Shown here one piece after another: positions 37,866-47,648 of a DNA stretch of 64,000 bases. The notes beneath the pieces were generated by a model. That model was not told the DNA's origin and made no database searches. It saw nothing but the letters and a program-made list of their open reading frames with translations. How positions within the stretch are numbered: position 1 is the first letter of the stretch; every line of letters begins with the position of its first letter. Source of the DNA: an uncultured delta proteobacterium (lineage in GTDB: Bacteria; Desulfobacterota; Binatia; Binatales; Binataceae); contig CAVXXK010000004.1 of assembly GCA_963765675.1 (NCBI GenBank), positions 229,998-293,997 on the forward strand, in the 5' to 3' direction. The position numbers were made by a program, and so were the translations under genes.

Positions 37866-39029
37866 ATGATCCCAATCCGCTACAATCTGCGAAGCCTGAT
37901 GGTGCGGCGCGCGACCAGTGCGATGACCGCGCTGGGAATCGCGCTGGTCGTGATGATCCTGTTCCTGCTGCTGGGCTTCGTCGCCGGACTGCGCTCGACG
38001 ATGACCGGAGAAGGCGAGGCGCAGGACTGGATCGTGCTGAGCCGCGGGGTGACGGCCGAACCCTCCAGCAGCATCACGCGCGAGCAGTATGAGATCATCC
38101 GCACGCGACCGGAGATAGCGGCCGACGCGGCGGGCGCGCCGCTCATCTCACCCGAAACGGTCACCGCGTTCAATCCAGCGCCCGACGCGCCGATCGACGC
38201 GAGCTCCTTCACTTTTCTGCGCGGCGTCTATCCGATCGCGTTCAAGGTGCATCGCGGAATTCGAATTGTCAGCGGACGGATGCCGGTCGCGGGCAAAACC
38301 GAGATGATTGTCGGGCGCCGCCTGGCCGCACGATTTCCGGCCCTGGCGCCACCGCGGAATCTGCACTTCGGGCGTCATGATTGGGCGATTGTCGGGATCT
38401 TTTCGGACGACGGCAGCGCGAGAGAGTCCGAGGTTTGGACCGACCTGGACCTGCTCGAGCAGGACGTACATATGGGCGGTATCTACTCTTCGATGCATGT
38501 GACCCTGCGGCCGGCGATGGCGGCGAGGTTCAAGGCGGCGCTGACCCACGACGCGCGGCTCGATCTCGACGCGATGCCGGAGGCGCAGTTTTACGCGGCC
38601 GAGTCGCAACTCGCCGACAAGTTGCGCAACATGGGAATCATCGTCGCGCTGATTCTCGCGGTCGGCGCGATGTTCGGGGGCATGAACACGATGTACGCCG
38701 CGGTTGCGCGTCGCTCGCGTGAGGTCGGCGTGCTGCGTGCGCTCGGCTTCAGCCGCGGAAGTATCCTGCTGAGCTTTATTCTCGAGAGCACTGCGCTGGG
38801 CCTCGCAGGCGGTATCGCGGGTGAGATTCTCGGCGTAGCGGTCGCCTATGGAACCGGTCTCGAGAGCCGCTTGATGAACGTCGCGACTTTCATTTTCTCG
38901 TTCCGCCTCGCCCCTTCCGCATTCGTCACGGGCCTCGTCGTAGCCGCGGTTATCGGCGCGCTCGGCGGAATTCTGCCCGCTTGGCGGGCCGCAAGAATGG
39001 GCGTCGTCGACTCGCTGCGCGAGGCTTAG
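37866..39029 (+). CDS. MacB/FtsX-type ABC transporter permease (second)
   Basis: YNLRSL, ESEVW, NTMYAAVARRSREVGVLRALGF, PAWRAAR. Confidence 0.92.
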   Translation: MIPIRYNLRSLMVRRATSAMTALGIALVVMILFLLLGFVAGLRSTMTGEGEAQDWIVLSRGVTAEPSSSITREQYEIIRTRPEIAADAAGAPLISPETVTAFNPAPDAPIDASSFTFLRGVYPIAFKVHRGIRIVSGRMPVAGKTEMIVGRRLAARFPALAPPRNLHFGRHDWAIVGIFSDDGSARESEVWTDLDLLEQDVHMGGIYSSMHVTLRPAMAARFKAALTHDARLDLDAMPEAQFYAAESQLADKLRNMGIIVALILAVGAMFGGMNTMYAAVARRSREVGVLRALGFSRGSILLSFILESTALGLAGGIAGEILGVAVAYGTGLESRLMNVATFIFSFRLAPSAFVTGLVVAAVIGALGGILPAWRAARMGVVDSLREA

Positions 39030-40573
39030 GGAATCCTTCCAGTGCGATCAGCAATAGCGTGCAGGCGCGCGAGGCGAGCCTTGATCGCCGGGTTGTCGGC
39101 GAGCTTGGCGATCGTCAGCGGGAGCCGGTAGGTCCAGTTCGTTTCGCTGACGGTGCCGGGACGGTTTATCCGCGCGTTCCATCCGAACAGGTCCTGTATC
39201 GGCAGGATCACGTAGCGCGCGGGCGAGGCGTATAGCGTCTCGATAATCGCGTCGAGCGCGCTTTCGTCCAGCCGATCGCGCCGCGGATTTGCGCGGCCCG
39301 CGATGCCGAGCGCCGCGCAGAGTTTCTCGCGCTCAGATATGGGCTGCTCGCGCCACCATACCGTCAGCGTCTCGGTGTCATGCGTTCCGGTCGTCGCAAG
39401 CGAAAGCTCGGGATAGGTGGATGGGCGCTTGAAGCGCTCGTCGGGGCCACCCCACTGTTCGCGCTCCCATTGCATCACCTTGTAGCCGGGAACTCCCAGC
39501 CGGGTCAGTGAATCGCGAACCCATTGCGGCACCGAGCCGAGATCTTCGGCAACGATTTCACACTCCCCCACCGCTTCGCGCAGCGCGCGCATGATCTCTT
39601 CGCCCTGCGCAACCTGATCGCGCTCCTCGGTCGGGCTGAAAGAACCGTCGGCATCCGGATCGGCGCCGAACGAGAACGTCCGATAGATTCCGACGACGTG
39701 GTCGATACGCACGAGATCGAACATCGCGCCCGCGCGGCGCGCGCGCGTTCGCCACAGGCGAAACCCGTCCTCGCGCATCGCATGCCATCGCGGCAGCGGC
39801 AGACCCCATCGTTGTCCGCGCTGATTGAATCCATCCGGCGGAGCGCCAACGGTGCGATCGAGATCGAACATCTCCTGGTTCGCCCAGACCTCGGCGCTGT
39901 CGCGCGCGGGAGAGAACGCCAGGTCGCCGCCCAGCTGTACGCCCGCTCGATGCGCATACGCGCGCGCGGCGGCCCATTGCCGATCAGCAACGAACTGCCA
40001 CCATGAGTACATCGCGATCGAATTTGCGAGTTCGCGCCGCGCCGCATCGAGCGCGGAAGGATCGCGCCGGGCCAAATCTTCGGGCCAGGTATCCCACGCC
40101 GACCAGTTGAAGCGATCCTTGAGCGCGCGAAAGAGCGCATAGTTTTCGAGCCAGTCGCGATTGCGATCGGCGAAGACCGTGAACTCGTCGCCAAACCCGG
40201 ATCCTCCGCGCACCCGCGACGCACGGTAAGCGCGCTGGAGCAGCGCCAGCCGGACCGGCCGTGAAACCGCACGCGGGACGACGCGTCCGCCACCGACCGC
40301 CGCTTGCGCCCGCGCGATCGATACGCGTCCGACACCGCCCAGTTCTCGCGCGGTGATGTACACCGGGTCGATCGCGAGCACGCTCATCGCGCTGTAGGGA
40401 CTGGTCTCTCCCGGTGCGCCTTCATCGAGCGGAAGCAGTTGGATAATTCGCAGGCCGGCGCTGCGCGCGAAATCAATCATCGCGGGCAGATCCATAATCT
40501 CGCCGCGCCCCAGATCGTCGCGGGTACGAAGCGAGAAGAGCGGAATCAGAACACCGGCAGCTCGGATGGGCAT
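39026..40573 (-). CDS. malQ: 4-alpha-glucanotransferase (GH77)
   Basis: QLLPL, SPYS, GAPPDGF..GQRWGLP, RIDHVVG, AEDLG, GTHD, RINRPG, NWTYR. Confidence 0.95.
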   Translation of the reverse strand: MPIRAAGVLIPLFSLRTRDDLGRGEIMDLPAMIDFARSAGLRIIQLLPLDEGAPGETSPYSAMSVLAIDPVYITARELGGVGRVSIARAQAAVGGGRVVPRAVSRPVRLALLQRAYRASRVRGGSGFGDEFTVFADRNRDWLENYALFRALKDRFNWSAWDTWPEDLARRDPSALDAARRELANSIAMYSWWQFVADRQWAAARAYAHRAGVQLGGDLAFSPARDSAEVWANQEMFDLDRTVGAPPDGFNQRGQRWGLPLPRWHAMREDGFRLWRTRARRAGAMFDLVRIDHVVGIYRTFSFGADPDADGSFSPTEERDQVAQGEEIMRALREAVGECEIVAEDLGSVPQWVRDSLTRLGVPGYKVMQWEREQWGGPDERFKRPSTYPELSLATTGTHDTETLTVWWREQPISEREKLCAALGIAGRANPRRDRLDESALDAIIETLYASPARYVILPIQDLFGWNARINRPGTVSETNWTYRLPLTIAKLADNPAIKARLARLHAIADRTGRIP

Positions 40574-40630
40574 GAGTCACGCGCAGAGCGAATTAAATTA
40601 CCAAGGCTCCCGCGGCCTGCTGCACATCGT

Positions 40631-41389
40631 CTAGATCACATAGCCGCCGTTGGGACTGACGACTTGCCCGACCATGAAATTCGATTCGTCCGAGGCGAGA
40701 AACAACGCAGCGCAGGCGATATCGCGCGGCTCACCGAAGCGGCCGATGGGCGTGAGCTGCGTAATCGACTGCTTCATCTCGCCGGTGATCGGCGCGGTCA
40801 TCGGAGTTTCGATGAAGCCGGGGGCGATGCAATTGACCAGGATTCCATGACCGACGACTTCTTTAGCCAGCGCCTTGGTGAACGAGATGATGCCGCCCTT
40901 CGCTGCCGAGTACGCGACCGCGCCGCCGAGGCCCGTAGTGCCCGCGATCGAGCCGAGGTTGATGATGCGGCCCGATTTCTTCGGGATCATCAGCTTCAAC
41001 GCCTCGCGCGTGCAATAGAACGTCGAGTAGAGATGCGTCGAGATCATCTTGTGCCAATCTTCGTCGGCCAGATCCTGCAGACCTGTGAACTCGCTGGTTT
41101 CGCGCGTGCGTCCTATTCCAGCGTTGTTGATCAGGATATCGATCGTGCCGAAGGCCGCGACGAACTCCGCGAACATCTTCTTGACCGCCGCGCTCGAGGA
41201 GACGTCCGCGACCATCGGGCGGGCCTTGCCACCCGCGCGCTCGATTTCGGTCGCGACGTTTTGCGCCGATTCAGGACGAATGTCGTTGACCGCGATCTTC
41301 GCGCCCTCGCGCGCGAAGGTCAGTCCCATTTCGCGGCCCAGACCGGAGCCTCCGCCGGTGATCAGAACGACTTTGTCCTTCAGTCTCAT
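40631..41389 (-). CDS. FabG-like SDR oxidoreductase
   Basis: TGGGSGLG, NNAG, YSAAK, PGFIETPM. Confidence 0.93.
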   Translation of the reverse strand: MRLKDKVVLITGGGSGLGREMGLTFAREGAKIAVNDIRPESAQNVATEIERAGGKARPMVADVSSSAAVKKMFAEFVAAFGTIDILINNAGIGRTRETSEFTGLQDLADEDWHKMISTHLYSTFYCTREALKLMIPKKSGRIINLGSIAGTTGLGGAVAYSAAKGGIISFTKALAKEVVGHGILVNCIAPGFIETPMTAPITGEMKQSITQLTPIGRFGEPRDIACAALFLASDESNFMVGQVVSPNGGYVI

Positions 41390-41420
41390 TGGATACCCTT
41401 CGGATCCCTTCGCGGCCAGT

Positions 41421-41777
41421 TCAGGATTTCGGTTTGCCTTCGCGCAGTTGGCGTTTCCAGTCGAGCCGCCGCGCTTCGGCGCCAGCGGTTTCCGCCTCGG
41501 CGATCATTCCCTTCTTTTGATAGAACATGCTGAGGTTCGTGAATGCCAGGATATCCTCCGGGTCGGCCGCGATGTGGCGCTTGGTCACCTCGATCGCCGA
41601 ATCCGTGTCGCCCTTGGCCTGATAGCACATCGCGAGTCCGTGGACCGCGTCGGTGAATTTCGGATCGATCTCCAGCGCGCGCTCGTACATCGCGATCGCC
41701 TCGTCAAATTTGTCGTCGGCGAACAGGTCGATCGCCTGATCGTAAAGCTCTTCCTTGTCGGTCTCTGGGTCGGCCAT
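41421..41777 (-). CDS. Tetratricopeptide repeat protein
   Basis: AIAMYERALEIDP TPR pattern; alternative start 41801. Confidence 0.85.
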   Translation of the reverse strand: MADPETDKEELYDQAIDLFADDKFDEAIAMYERALEIDPKFTDAVHGLAMCYQAKGDTDSAIEVTKRHIAADPEDILAFTNLSMFYQKKGMIAEAETAGAEARRLDWKRQLREGKPKS

Positions 41778-41841
41778 CGCTAAACTCTCTTTTCGCGCCA
41801 TATCAGGCGTATCACGCTTCTTATATAATACACCCTGCCAG

Positions 41842-42165
41842 ATGGATAATTCCGCCGCCATAGAAATTACCGAAGCCGACGTGTACGAGGTCCTGCGCGA
41901 ATGCTACGACCCCGAAATTCCGGTCAATGTCGTTGACCTGGGACTCGTTTACGGCGTCGCGCTGTCCGGCGGAGTGATCAACGTCGTGATGACGCTTACC
42001 GCGCCCGGATGCCACATGGGCGCGATGATCACGCAGGAAATTCAGGACAAGCTTCTGGGCCTGCCCGGATGCGACGACGCGACCGTCGAGATCGTTTGGG
42101 ATCCCCCATGGACGCCGCACATGATGAGCGAGCAGGCGCGCAAGAAACTAAACATCGACGACTGA
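41842..42165 (+). CDS. DUF59/SufT-like metal-sulfur cluster assembly factor
   Basis: DPEIPVNVVDLGLVY, TLTAPGC, WDPPW; TATAAT at 41824 and no SD. Confidence 0.92.
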   Translation: MDNSAAIEITEADVYEVLRECYDPEIPVNVVDLGLVYGVALSGGVINVVMTLTAPGCHMGAMITQEIQDKLLGLPGCDDATVEIVWDPPWTPHMMSEQARKKLNIDD

Positions 42166-42242
42166 CGCGATAATCTGCTGAACCGATTCCGCCCAGAGAC
42201 GTGCTACTGCCACGCCGGAGCGGGACGCGTCCTCTTGTCTGT

Positions 42243-42327
42243 CCCTCCCCCTCCGGGAGAGGGCGACGCGGCGCGATGCTTGCGGTTTTTTTCGCAAGCA
42301 TCGTGACGCGTGGGTGAGGGCGGCCTT
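42243..42327. repeat. BoxC-like palindromic repeat, copy 2
   Basis: CCCTCCCCCTCCGGGAGAGGG...CGATGCTTGCG..CGCAAGCATCGTGACGCGTGGGTGAGGGCGGCC. Confidence 0.92.
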
Positions 42328-42410
42328 GCGCCGAGTTTACTTTTAGTCTCGCGCAGCACACGCGCCGCGCTTGCGCCGCGCGGACGAAGCTCGTATTTCT
42401 CGAATCAGCT

Positions 42411-43298
42411 ATGAGCACCATTGAAATTTCCGCTTCTGATCCACATCCTCGCCATCGCGTTGAACTGCTTGGCACCTCGATGTCATACGCGGATGCGGGC
42501 AACGGCGCTCCGATCGTTTTCCTGCACGGCAATCCCACTTCGTCGTACCTCTGGCGCAACGTCATCCCGCATCTGACGCCGCTTGCGCGCTGCATCGCGC
42601 CGGACTTGATAGGGATGGGCGCTTCGGGGAAGTCTTCGACCGGAAAATATCGCTTTGCCGATCATGCGCTGCACCTCGACGCTCTCCTTGATCGCATTCT
42701 CCCCGAAGGTCCGCTCACGCTGGTGGTGCACGATTGGGGATCGGCACTGGGCTTCGATTGGGCGCGGCGTCATCCGGAGCGCGCTGCGGGAATCGCGTAC
42801 ATGGAAGCGATCGTGCGTCCGATCACATGGGCGGAATGGTCCCAGGCGGCGGTCGAGGTGTTCAAGGCACTGCGCAGTCCGGCGGGCGACGATCTGATTC
42901 TCAAGCGAAATATCTTCGTCGAACGGATTCTGCCGGGCAGCGTTAAGCGCAAGCTGAGCAGCGCGGAGATGGACGTCTATCGCAAGCCGTTCATCGAACC
43001 GGGCGAGTCGCGCCGCCCTACTCTGACATGGCCGCGCGAGATCCCGATCGAGGGCGAACCCGCCGACGTGGTCGCGATCGCGGAGGCGTACGCGAAGTGG
43101 CTTGCCGCAAGCCCTATTCCCAAGCTGTTCATCAACGCCGACCCGGGCGCGATTCTGACCGGCGCGCAGCGCGAATTCTGCCGCCAATGGCCGAATCAGC
43201 GCGAGGTCACGGTCAGCGGCATCCACTTTATCCAGGAAGATTCACCGCACGAAATCGGCAGCGCGATCGCGGATTGGTATCGCGGATGGAATCGATGA
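42411..43298 (+). CDS. Haloalkane dehalogenase (HLD-II, DhaA/LinB-like)
   Basis: HGNPTSSYLWR, HDWG nucleophile, YMEA, WPREIP, GIHFIQED. Confidence 0.93.
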   Translation: MSTIEISASDPHPRHRVELLGTSMSYADAGNGAPIVFLHGNPTSSYLWRNVIPHLTPLARCIAPDLIGMGASGKSSTGKYRFADHALHLDALLDRILPEGPLTLVVHDWGSALGFDWARRHPERAAGIAYMEAIVRPITWAEWSQAAVEVFKALRSPAGDDLILKRNIFVERILPGSVKRKLSSAEMDVYRKPFIEPGESRRPTLTWPREIPIEGEPADVVAIAEAYAKWLAASPIPKLFINADPGAILTGAQREFCRQWPNQREVTVSGIHFIQEDSPHEIGSAIADWYRGWNR

Positions 43299-43336
43299 TT
43301 CGCGCGCACATCGCATCGTAGCCAGAGGAATCAAAC

Positions 43337-44134
43337 GTGGCGTCCGAATACATAAATCTCCTGTTCGAGAAAAATGGCGGCGTCGCCGACGTGGCATTCA
43401 ACCGCCCCGCGTCGGCTAACGCGATAAATCTCGATCTGGCGCGCGACTTCTGCGACGCGATTCGAATCTGCGCCGAAGATCCCGAAATCCGCGCAGTAGT
43501 GCTGCGCGGCGAAGGCAGATTCTTCTGCGCGGGCGGCGACCTGAAGGATTTCAACGCTCAGCCGCCCGCACAATTGCCAGGCTACCTCGAGCGCGTGACG
43601 CATTTCCTGCATCGCGCGGTCGCTACCTTCGCACACATGAGCTCGCCAATTATCGCCGCCGTTCACGGCAGCGCGGCAGGCGCCGGATTCAGCATCGCAT
43701 GCGCCTGCGATTTCGTGATCGCGGAAAAGTCCGCAAAATTCACGATGGCTTACACCAAGGCCGCACTAACTCCCGACGGTTCGTCGACCTACTTTCTGCC
43801 GCGAATCGTTGGCTACAAAAGAGCAGCCGAATTGGCAATCTTGAATCCGATCCTGAGCGCCGATGAGGCGCATAGCCTGGGTATCGTCACCCGCGTCGTC
43901 CCGGACGGCGAGGCCGTCGCCGCTGCAACCGCGATGGCGACAGAGCTGGCGGCCGGTCCCACGGGAGCCTACGGCGGCGTCAAGCGCCTGCTCCTCGCCA
44001 GCGCGCACAACACGCTTGAAACACAGATGTCGCGCGAGACCGAGTGGCTCTCTTCGAGATCAAGGACCAAGGACGCGCGCGAAGGAATCTCGGCGTTCCT
44101 GGCCAAGCGCACTCCGAAATTTTCCGGCGATTGA
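43337..44134 (+). CDS. Enoyl-CoA hydratase/isomerase (PaaG-like)
   Basis: FCAGGDL, AAGAG, LTPDGSSTY, EGISAFLAKR. Confidence 0.92.
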   Translation: MASEYINLLFEKNGGVADVAFNRPASANAINLDLARDFCDAIRICAEDPEIRAVVLRGEGRFFCAGGDLKDFNAQPPAQLPGYLERVTHFLHRAVATFAHMSSPIIAAVHGSAAGAGFSIACACDFVIAEKSAKFTMAYTKAALTPDGSSTYFLPRIVGYKRAAELAILNPILSADEAHSLGIVTRVVPDGEAVAAATAMATELAAGPTGAYGGVKRLLLASAHNTLETQMSRETEWLSSRSRTKDAREGISAFLAKRTPKFSGD

Positions 44135-44169
44135 TTTATCGAATCGCCAACAGCTTCACTTCGCGCAGC

Positions 44170-45690
44170 TTAGCGGCCGCCGGCCGGCGTCTCCACCGGA
44201 CGCTGACCGTGCACCGTCTTTTGTGCCGGATGGATATATAGCGCCGCGCGGTCCGGATGCTCGATATGCGCCGCCGGCGGCTTCATCTGGTAGTGGACTG
44301 GCCGCTGATGCTCCTGGAACTGGCGCTCCGGATTATAAACCTTGTTGAACTTCCACAGCATCTTCACGAAGTTCGTCTGTCCGTGCATCAACAGGCGTCC
44401 GGCGATCGACGCGACGTCCTTGAGCACGCTGAAGCCCAGATGCTTGCGGTTCAGGACGCCCTGCGTCTTGACCAGCTCCTGATAAAATTTCAGCAGCGGC
44501 AGCTTGGTCGGCAGAACCGCGTGCTGGATATCGTAGAGGCGGTAGTCGAGCGTCGTGAGCTTGCGCGCCTCCGTGAGCCACAACTCGGTGCCCGGGTACG
44601 GCGTCGCGACGGTCAGATGCACGATCTCGGGAATGCTCATCGCCCATTCGCGGATAATCTCGAAGCGGCGCTCGTCCCATGAAGGGTCGGCGATCAGATT
44701 GATCGCGACGGTCACGCCGATCTTGCGTGCGACCTCGAGCGCTTTGTTGTTGGTGTCGAGCGACGAGCGCTTGCGATGCGCCTTCAGCCCTTCTTCATCG
44801 ATCGCTTCTAACCCCAGGAACATGTACTCGAGCCCAAGGCGCCGCCAATACTCGAAGACTTCCTGACTGCGGAGCAGAACGTCGGCGCGCGTCTCGAGGT
44901 AGTACTGTTTTTTGATCTTGCGCCTTTCCAGCTCGTGGCCGATCGCGTAACCGTGTTCCGGATGGATGAATGCGACGTCATCCACGATGAACACGTTGGG
45001 TTCCTTGATCGACGCCATGTCCTCGGCCGCGGCTTCCGCAGTCGATTTTCGGTAACTGCGGCCATAAAAGGTCCACGCGCTGCAAAACGAGCAATCCCAC
45101 GGGCATCCGCGCGTGAACTCGATCGACGCGCACGGGTCGAGCACGCCGATGAAATATTTGTTGCGTCTGCGGCTCAGGTCTCTCGCCGGAAAAAACTTGT
45201 CCAGGTCGTCGATCATGATCGGCGCCGGTCCGGTGCCGCGCTCGGTGAATGCGCCTGGCACCTTTGCAACCGCGTCGGCGCCGCTGTCGATCGCTTCCAT
45301 GAGTATCTGCGCGCTGGTCTCGCCTTCGCCACGCAACACGCAATCGATCGCACCCTCCGCATGCTCGATAATCTCGTTCGCCACGAACGATCCGCTGTGG
45401 CCACCCGCGAACACGAAACAATTCGGATCGCGGTGCTTGATCGCCTTTGCCAGATCGATCACCTCGGGTACGTTCGCCAAATAGTTGAGCGAAAAGCCGA
45501 TCGCGCGGGGACGAAAATCGTCGAACTCGCGGTAGAGATCGTGATGCTGAAAAACCTGGAGATCGATAATCCGAACGTCGTGTCCGGCCGCGCGCACTGC
45601 CGCTGCCACCCGCTCCATCCCAAGCGGTTCCAGGCGCAGATAAATCTCGCTGTACATCAGCGGACTGGGATGCACGAATAAAACCCGCAT
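44170..45690 (-). CDS. hpnR: Hopanoid C-3 methylase (B12-binding radical SAM)
   Basis: VHPSPLMYSEIYLRLEPLG, LNYLANVPE, GGHS, RGCPWDCSFCSAWTFYGRSYR, YYLETR, PEIVHLTVATPYPGTE, DIQHAVLPT; alternative GTG 45699. Confidence 0.92.
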   Translation of the reverse strand: MRVLFVHPSPLMYSEIYLRLEPLGMERVAAAVRAAGHDVRIIDLQVFQHHDLYREFDDFRPRAIGFSLNYLANVPEVIDLAKAIKHRDPNCFVFAGGHSGSFVANEIIEHAEGAIDCVLRGEGETSAQILMEAIDSGADAVAKVPGAFTERGTGPAPIMIDDLDKFFPARDLSRRRNKYFIGVLDPCASIEFTRGCPWDCSFCSAWTFYGRSYRKSTAEAAAEDMASIKEPNVFIVDDVAFIHPEHGYAIGHELERRKIKKQYYLETRADVLLRSQEVFEYWRRLGLEYMFLGLEAIDEEGLKAHRKRSSLDTNNKALEVARKIGVTVAINLIADPSWDERRFEIIREWAMSIPEIVHLTVATPYPGTELWLTEARKLTTLDYRLYDIQHAVLPTKLPLLKFYQELVKTQGVLNRKHLGFSVLKDVASIAGRLLMHGQTNFVKMLWKFNKVYNPERQFQEHQRPVHYQMKPPAAHIEHPDRAALYIHPAQKTVHGQRPVETPAGGR

Positions 45691-45829
45691 ACTCTTCACC
45701 TATTCGCTCACTAACTCGGCTCGCTGATTTTCGCGCGCGCGTGCAATGTTATTCGGTCTGTAATGCTAGGGAAATACCTGCTGCGGCGATGTGCGGACAG
45801 CGCTATACTCGCGTTGCCGGTGCCATTCG

Positions 45830-46003
45830 ATGCGCAAACGCAACTGGCGGCAACTGCTCCGTAATCTGACCCTGGCTACGATCATCGTGGTCGCGATCGT
45901 CGATGGCGTGCTCCTGGCCGTCATCCGCGAGCGCTTCGCACACGACCACGCCTACGATTTGCGCCTCCATCGCCGCGCGGTCGCCAAACCCGCCCCACCC
46001 TGA
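45830..46003 (+). CDS. Small single-TM hypothetical protein
   Basis: MRKRNWRQLLRN followed by one hydrophobic segment. Confidence 0.5.
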   Translation: MRKRNWRQLLRNLTLATIIVVAIVDGVLLAVIRERFAHDHAYDLRLHRRAVAKPAPP

Positions 46004-46017
46004 AGACATTTTAATTC

Positions 46018-46139
46018 CTTCCGCCTCGCACTACGAATCCTCGACCGCCTTTCTATTGACAACCAGCGCCACGCGCTGGACTTTGGGCTTTGAACCTACG
46101 TTCAAAATCAATCGGAAAGGCGGAAGAGAGAATTCTCTC
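46018..46139 (+). promoter_or_regulatory. Structured intergenic element upstream of the aldo-keto reductase
   Basis: Nested inverted repeats forming a three-way junction, an alternative pairing, TTGACA at 46056, and a 14-bp palindrome at 46126-46139. Confidence 0.45.
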
Positions 46140-46144
46140 CGAAT

Positions 46145-47164
46145 ATGGGAATCATGCAGCACGCAAAACTCGGCAGAACCGGACTCACGGTGTCGCGCAT
46201 CTGTCTTGGATGCATGAGCTACGGCTCCAAGCAGTGGCGCGATTGGGTGCTAACCGTTGATGAAGCGCGCGAGCATTTCGCCGCCGCGCTGGAAGCAGGA
46301 ATCAACTTCTTCGATACCGCCAACGTGTACTCGGTCGGCGTGAGCGAAGAGATCACCGGCAAATGGCTCGGCGAGATGGGTAAGCGCGAAGATATCGTGC
46401 TCGCGACCAAAGTCCACGGACAGATGGCGTCTGGCCCGAACCGCAGCGGCCTCTCTCGCAAGCATATTCTCGAATCGTGCGACGCCTCTCTGAAGCGCCT
46501 GAAGATGGACTACATCGATCTGTATCAAATCCATCGCTACGACTTTACCACTCCGCTCGAAGAGACTCTCGAGGCGCTCGACTCCCTGGTGCGCGCCGGA
46601 AAAGTGCGCTATCTCGGCGCCAGCTCGATGGCGGCCTGGCAGTTCCAGAAGGCGCTCAACCTGCAAGCGCAGAACGGATGGCATCGCTTCGTCTCGATGC
46701 AGAATCATTACAACCTGGTCTATCGCGAGGAAGAACGCGAGATGAACCCGCTGTGCATCGATCAGGGCGTCGGCCTGATTCCATGGAGTCCGCTCGCACG
46801 CGGCTTCCTGGCGGGAAATCGCAACGCGCAGAAGAGCGGCGACACCGCGCGCGCAAAATCCGACGATTTCGCCAAGATGATGTATTTCAGCGAAGCCGAC
46901 TTCCAGGTGCTGAGCGAGGTCGAGAAGCTCGCCAAGTCGCGCGGAGTAACGCCCTCGCAGATCGCGTGCGCGTGGATTCTTCACGCACCCGGCGTCACCG
47001 CCCCGATTATCGGCGCGACCAAGATGAAACATCTGAAGGAAGCGATCGACGCGGTTGACATCAAGCTCACCGCGGACGAGTTGTCAGCGCTCGAAAAGCC
47101 TTATCGCCCGCATCCGATCCTGGGGCATCAGCAGCCCGACGGCCGGCGAATGCATGCGCACTGA
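46145..47164 (+). CDS. Aldo/keto reductase
   Basis: LGCMSYG, FFDTANVY, LATK, DLYQIH, GKVRYLGASS, PWSPLARG, PIIG. Confidence 0.95.
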   Translation: MGIMQHAKLGRTGLTVSRICLGCMSYGSKQWRDWVLTVDEAREHFAAALEAGINFFDTANVYSVGVSEEITGKWLGEMGKREDIVLATKVHGQMASGPNRSGLSRKHILESCDASLKRLKMDYIDLYQIHRYDFTTPLEETLEALDSLVRAGKVRYLGASSMAAWQFQKALNLQAQNGWHRFVSMQNHYNLVYREEEREMNPLCIDQGVGLIPWSPLARGFLAGNRNAQKSGDTARAKSDDFAKMMYFSEADFQVLSEVEKLAKSRGVTPSQIACAWILHAPGVTAPIIGATKMKHLKEAIDAVDIKLTADELSALEKPYRPHPILGHQQPDGRRMHAH

Positions 47165-47215
47165 AGCCGCGATGCAAAGTTAAAGCATTACTTCAGATCA
47201 CAGGAGGCGCACGCG

Positions 47216-47636
47216 ATGGAAGTAAACGGGATGGCGCATGTGATGCTGACGGTCAGCAACTACGAGGCTTGCGTGCCGTTCTACGAAAAGCTGCTGCCGT
47301 TTCTGGGGCTCAAGTTTGTGGTCCGCAAGACCGACTCGCAATTCTATTGCGTCGGCGGGCCGCACCGGCGTCGGCATCCACAAGGCCGATGCGAAACACT
47401 CAAAGGAGCATTTCGAGCAATACCGCGTGGGGCTGCATCACGTGTGCTTTCGCGCCCGCGAGCGCAAGGATATCGACGAAGCCTACGAATTCCTGAAAAC
47501 CCTCGGCGCGAAGATCGTACATCCGCCGGAAGAAGGGTTGTGGGCGCCCGGCTATTACTCCGTCCTGTTCGAAGATCCCGACGGTATCCGACTGGAGATC
47601 AATCACGTCCCCGGCAGGGGCCTACTCGCAGTTTGA
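47216..47636 (+). CDS. VOC/glyoxalase family protein, frameshifted near 47358
   Basis: N-half AHVMLTVS..FYEKL; C-half GLHHVCF, YYSVLFEDPDGIRLE; one extra G in GGCGGGCCGC. Confidence 0.88.
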
Positions 47637-47648
47637 CCGCTTGTAGAT

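Noticed and set aside
45700-45830. Cobalamin riboswitch upstream of B12-dependent hpnR
   Set aside because: No B12-box or conserved GGGAA...GCCACTG elements, and the region is short.
46045-46123. Purine riboswitch or tRNA
   Set aside because: Loops of 3-4 nt and junction sequences do not fit the purine aptamer; no T-loop or anticodon arm.
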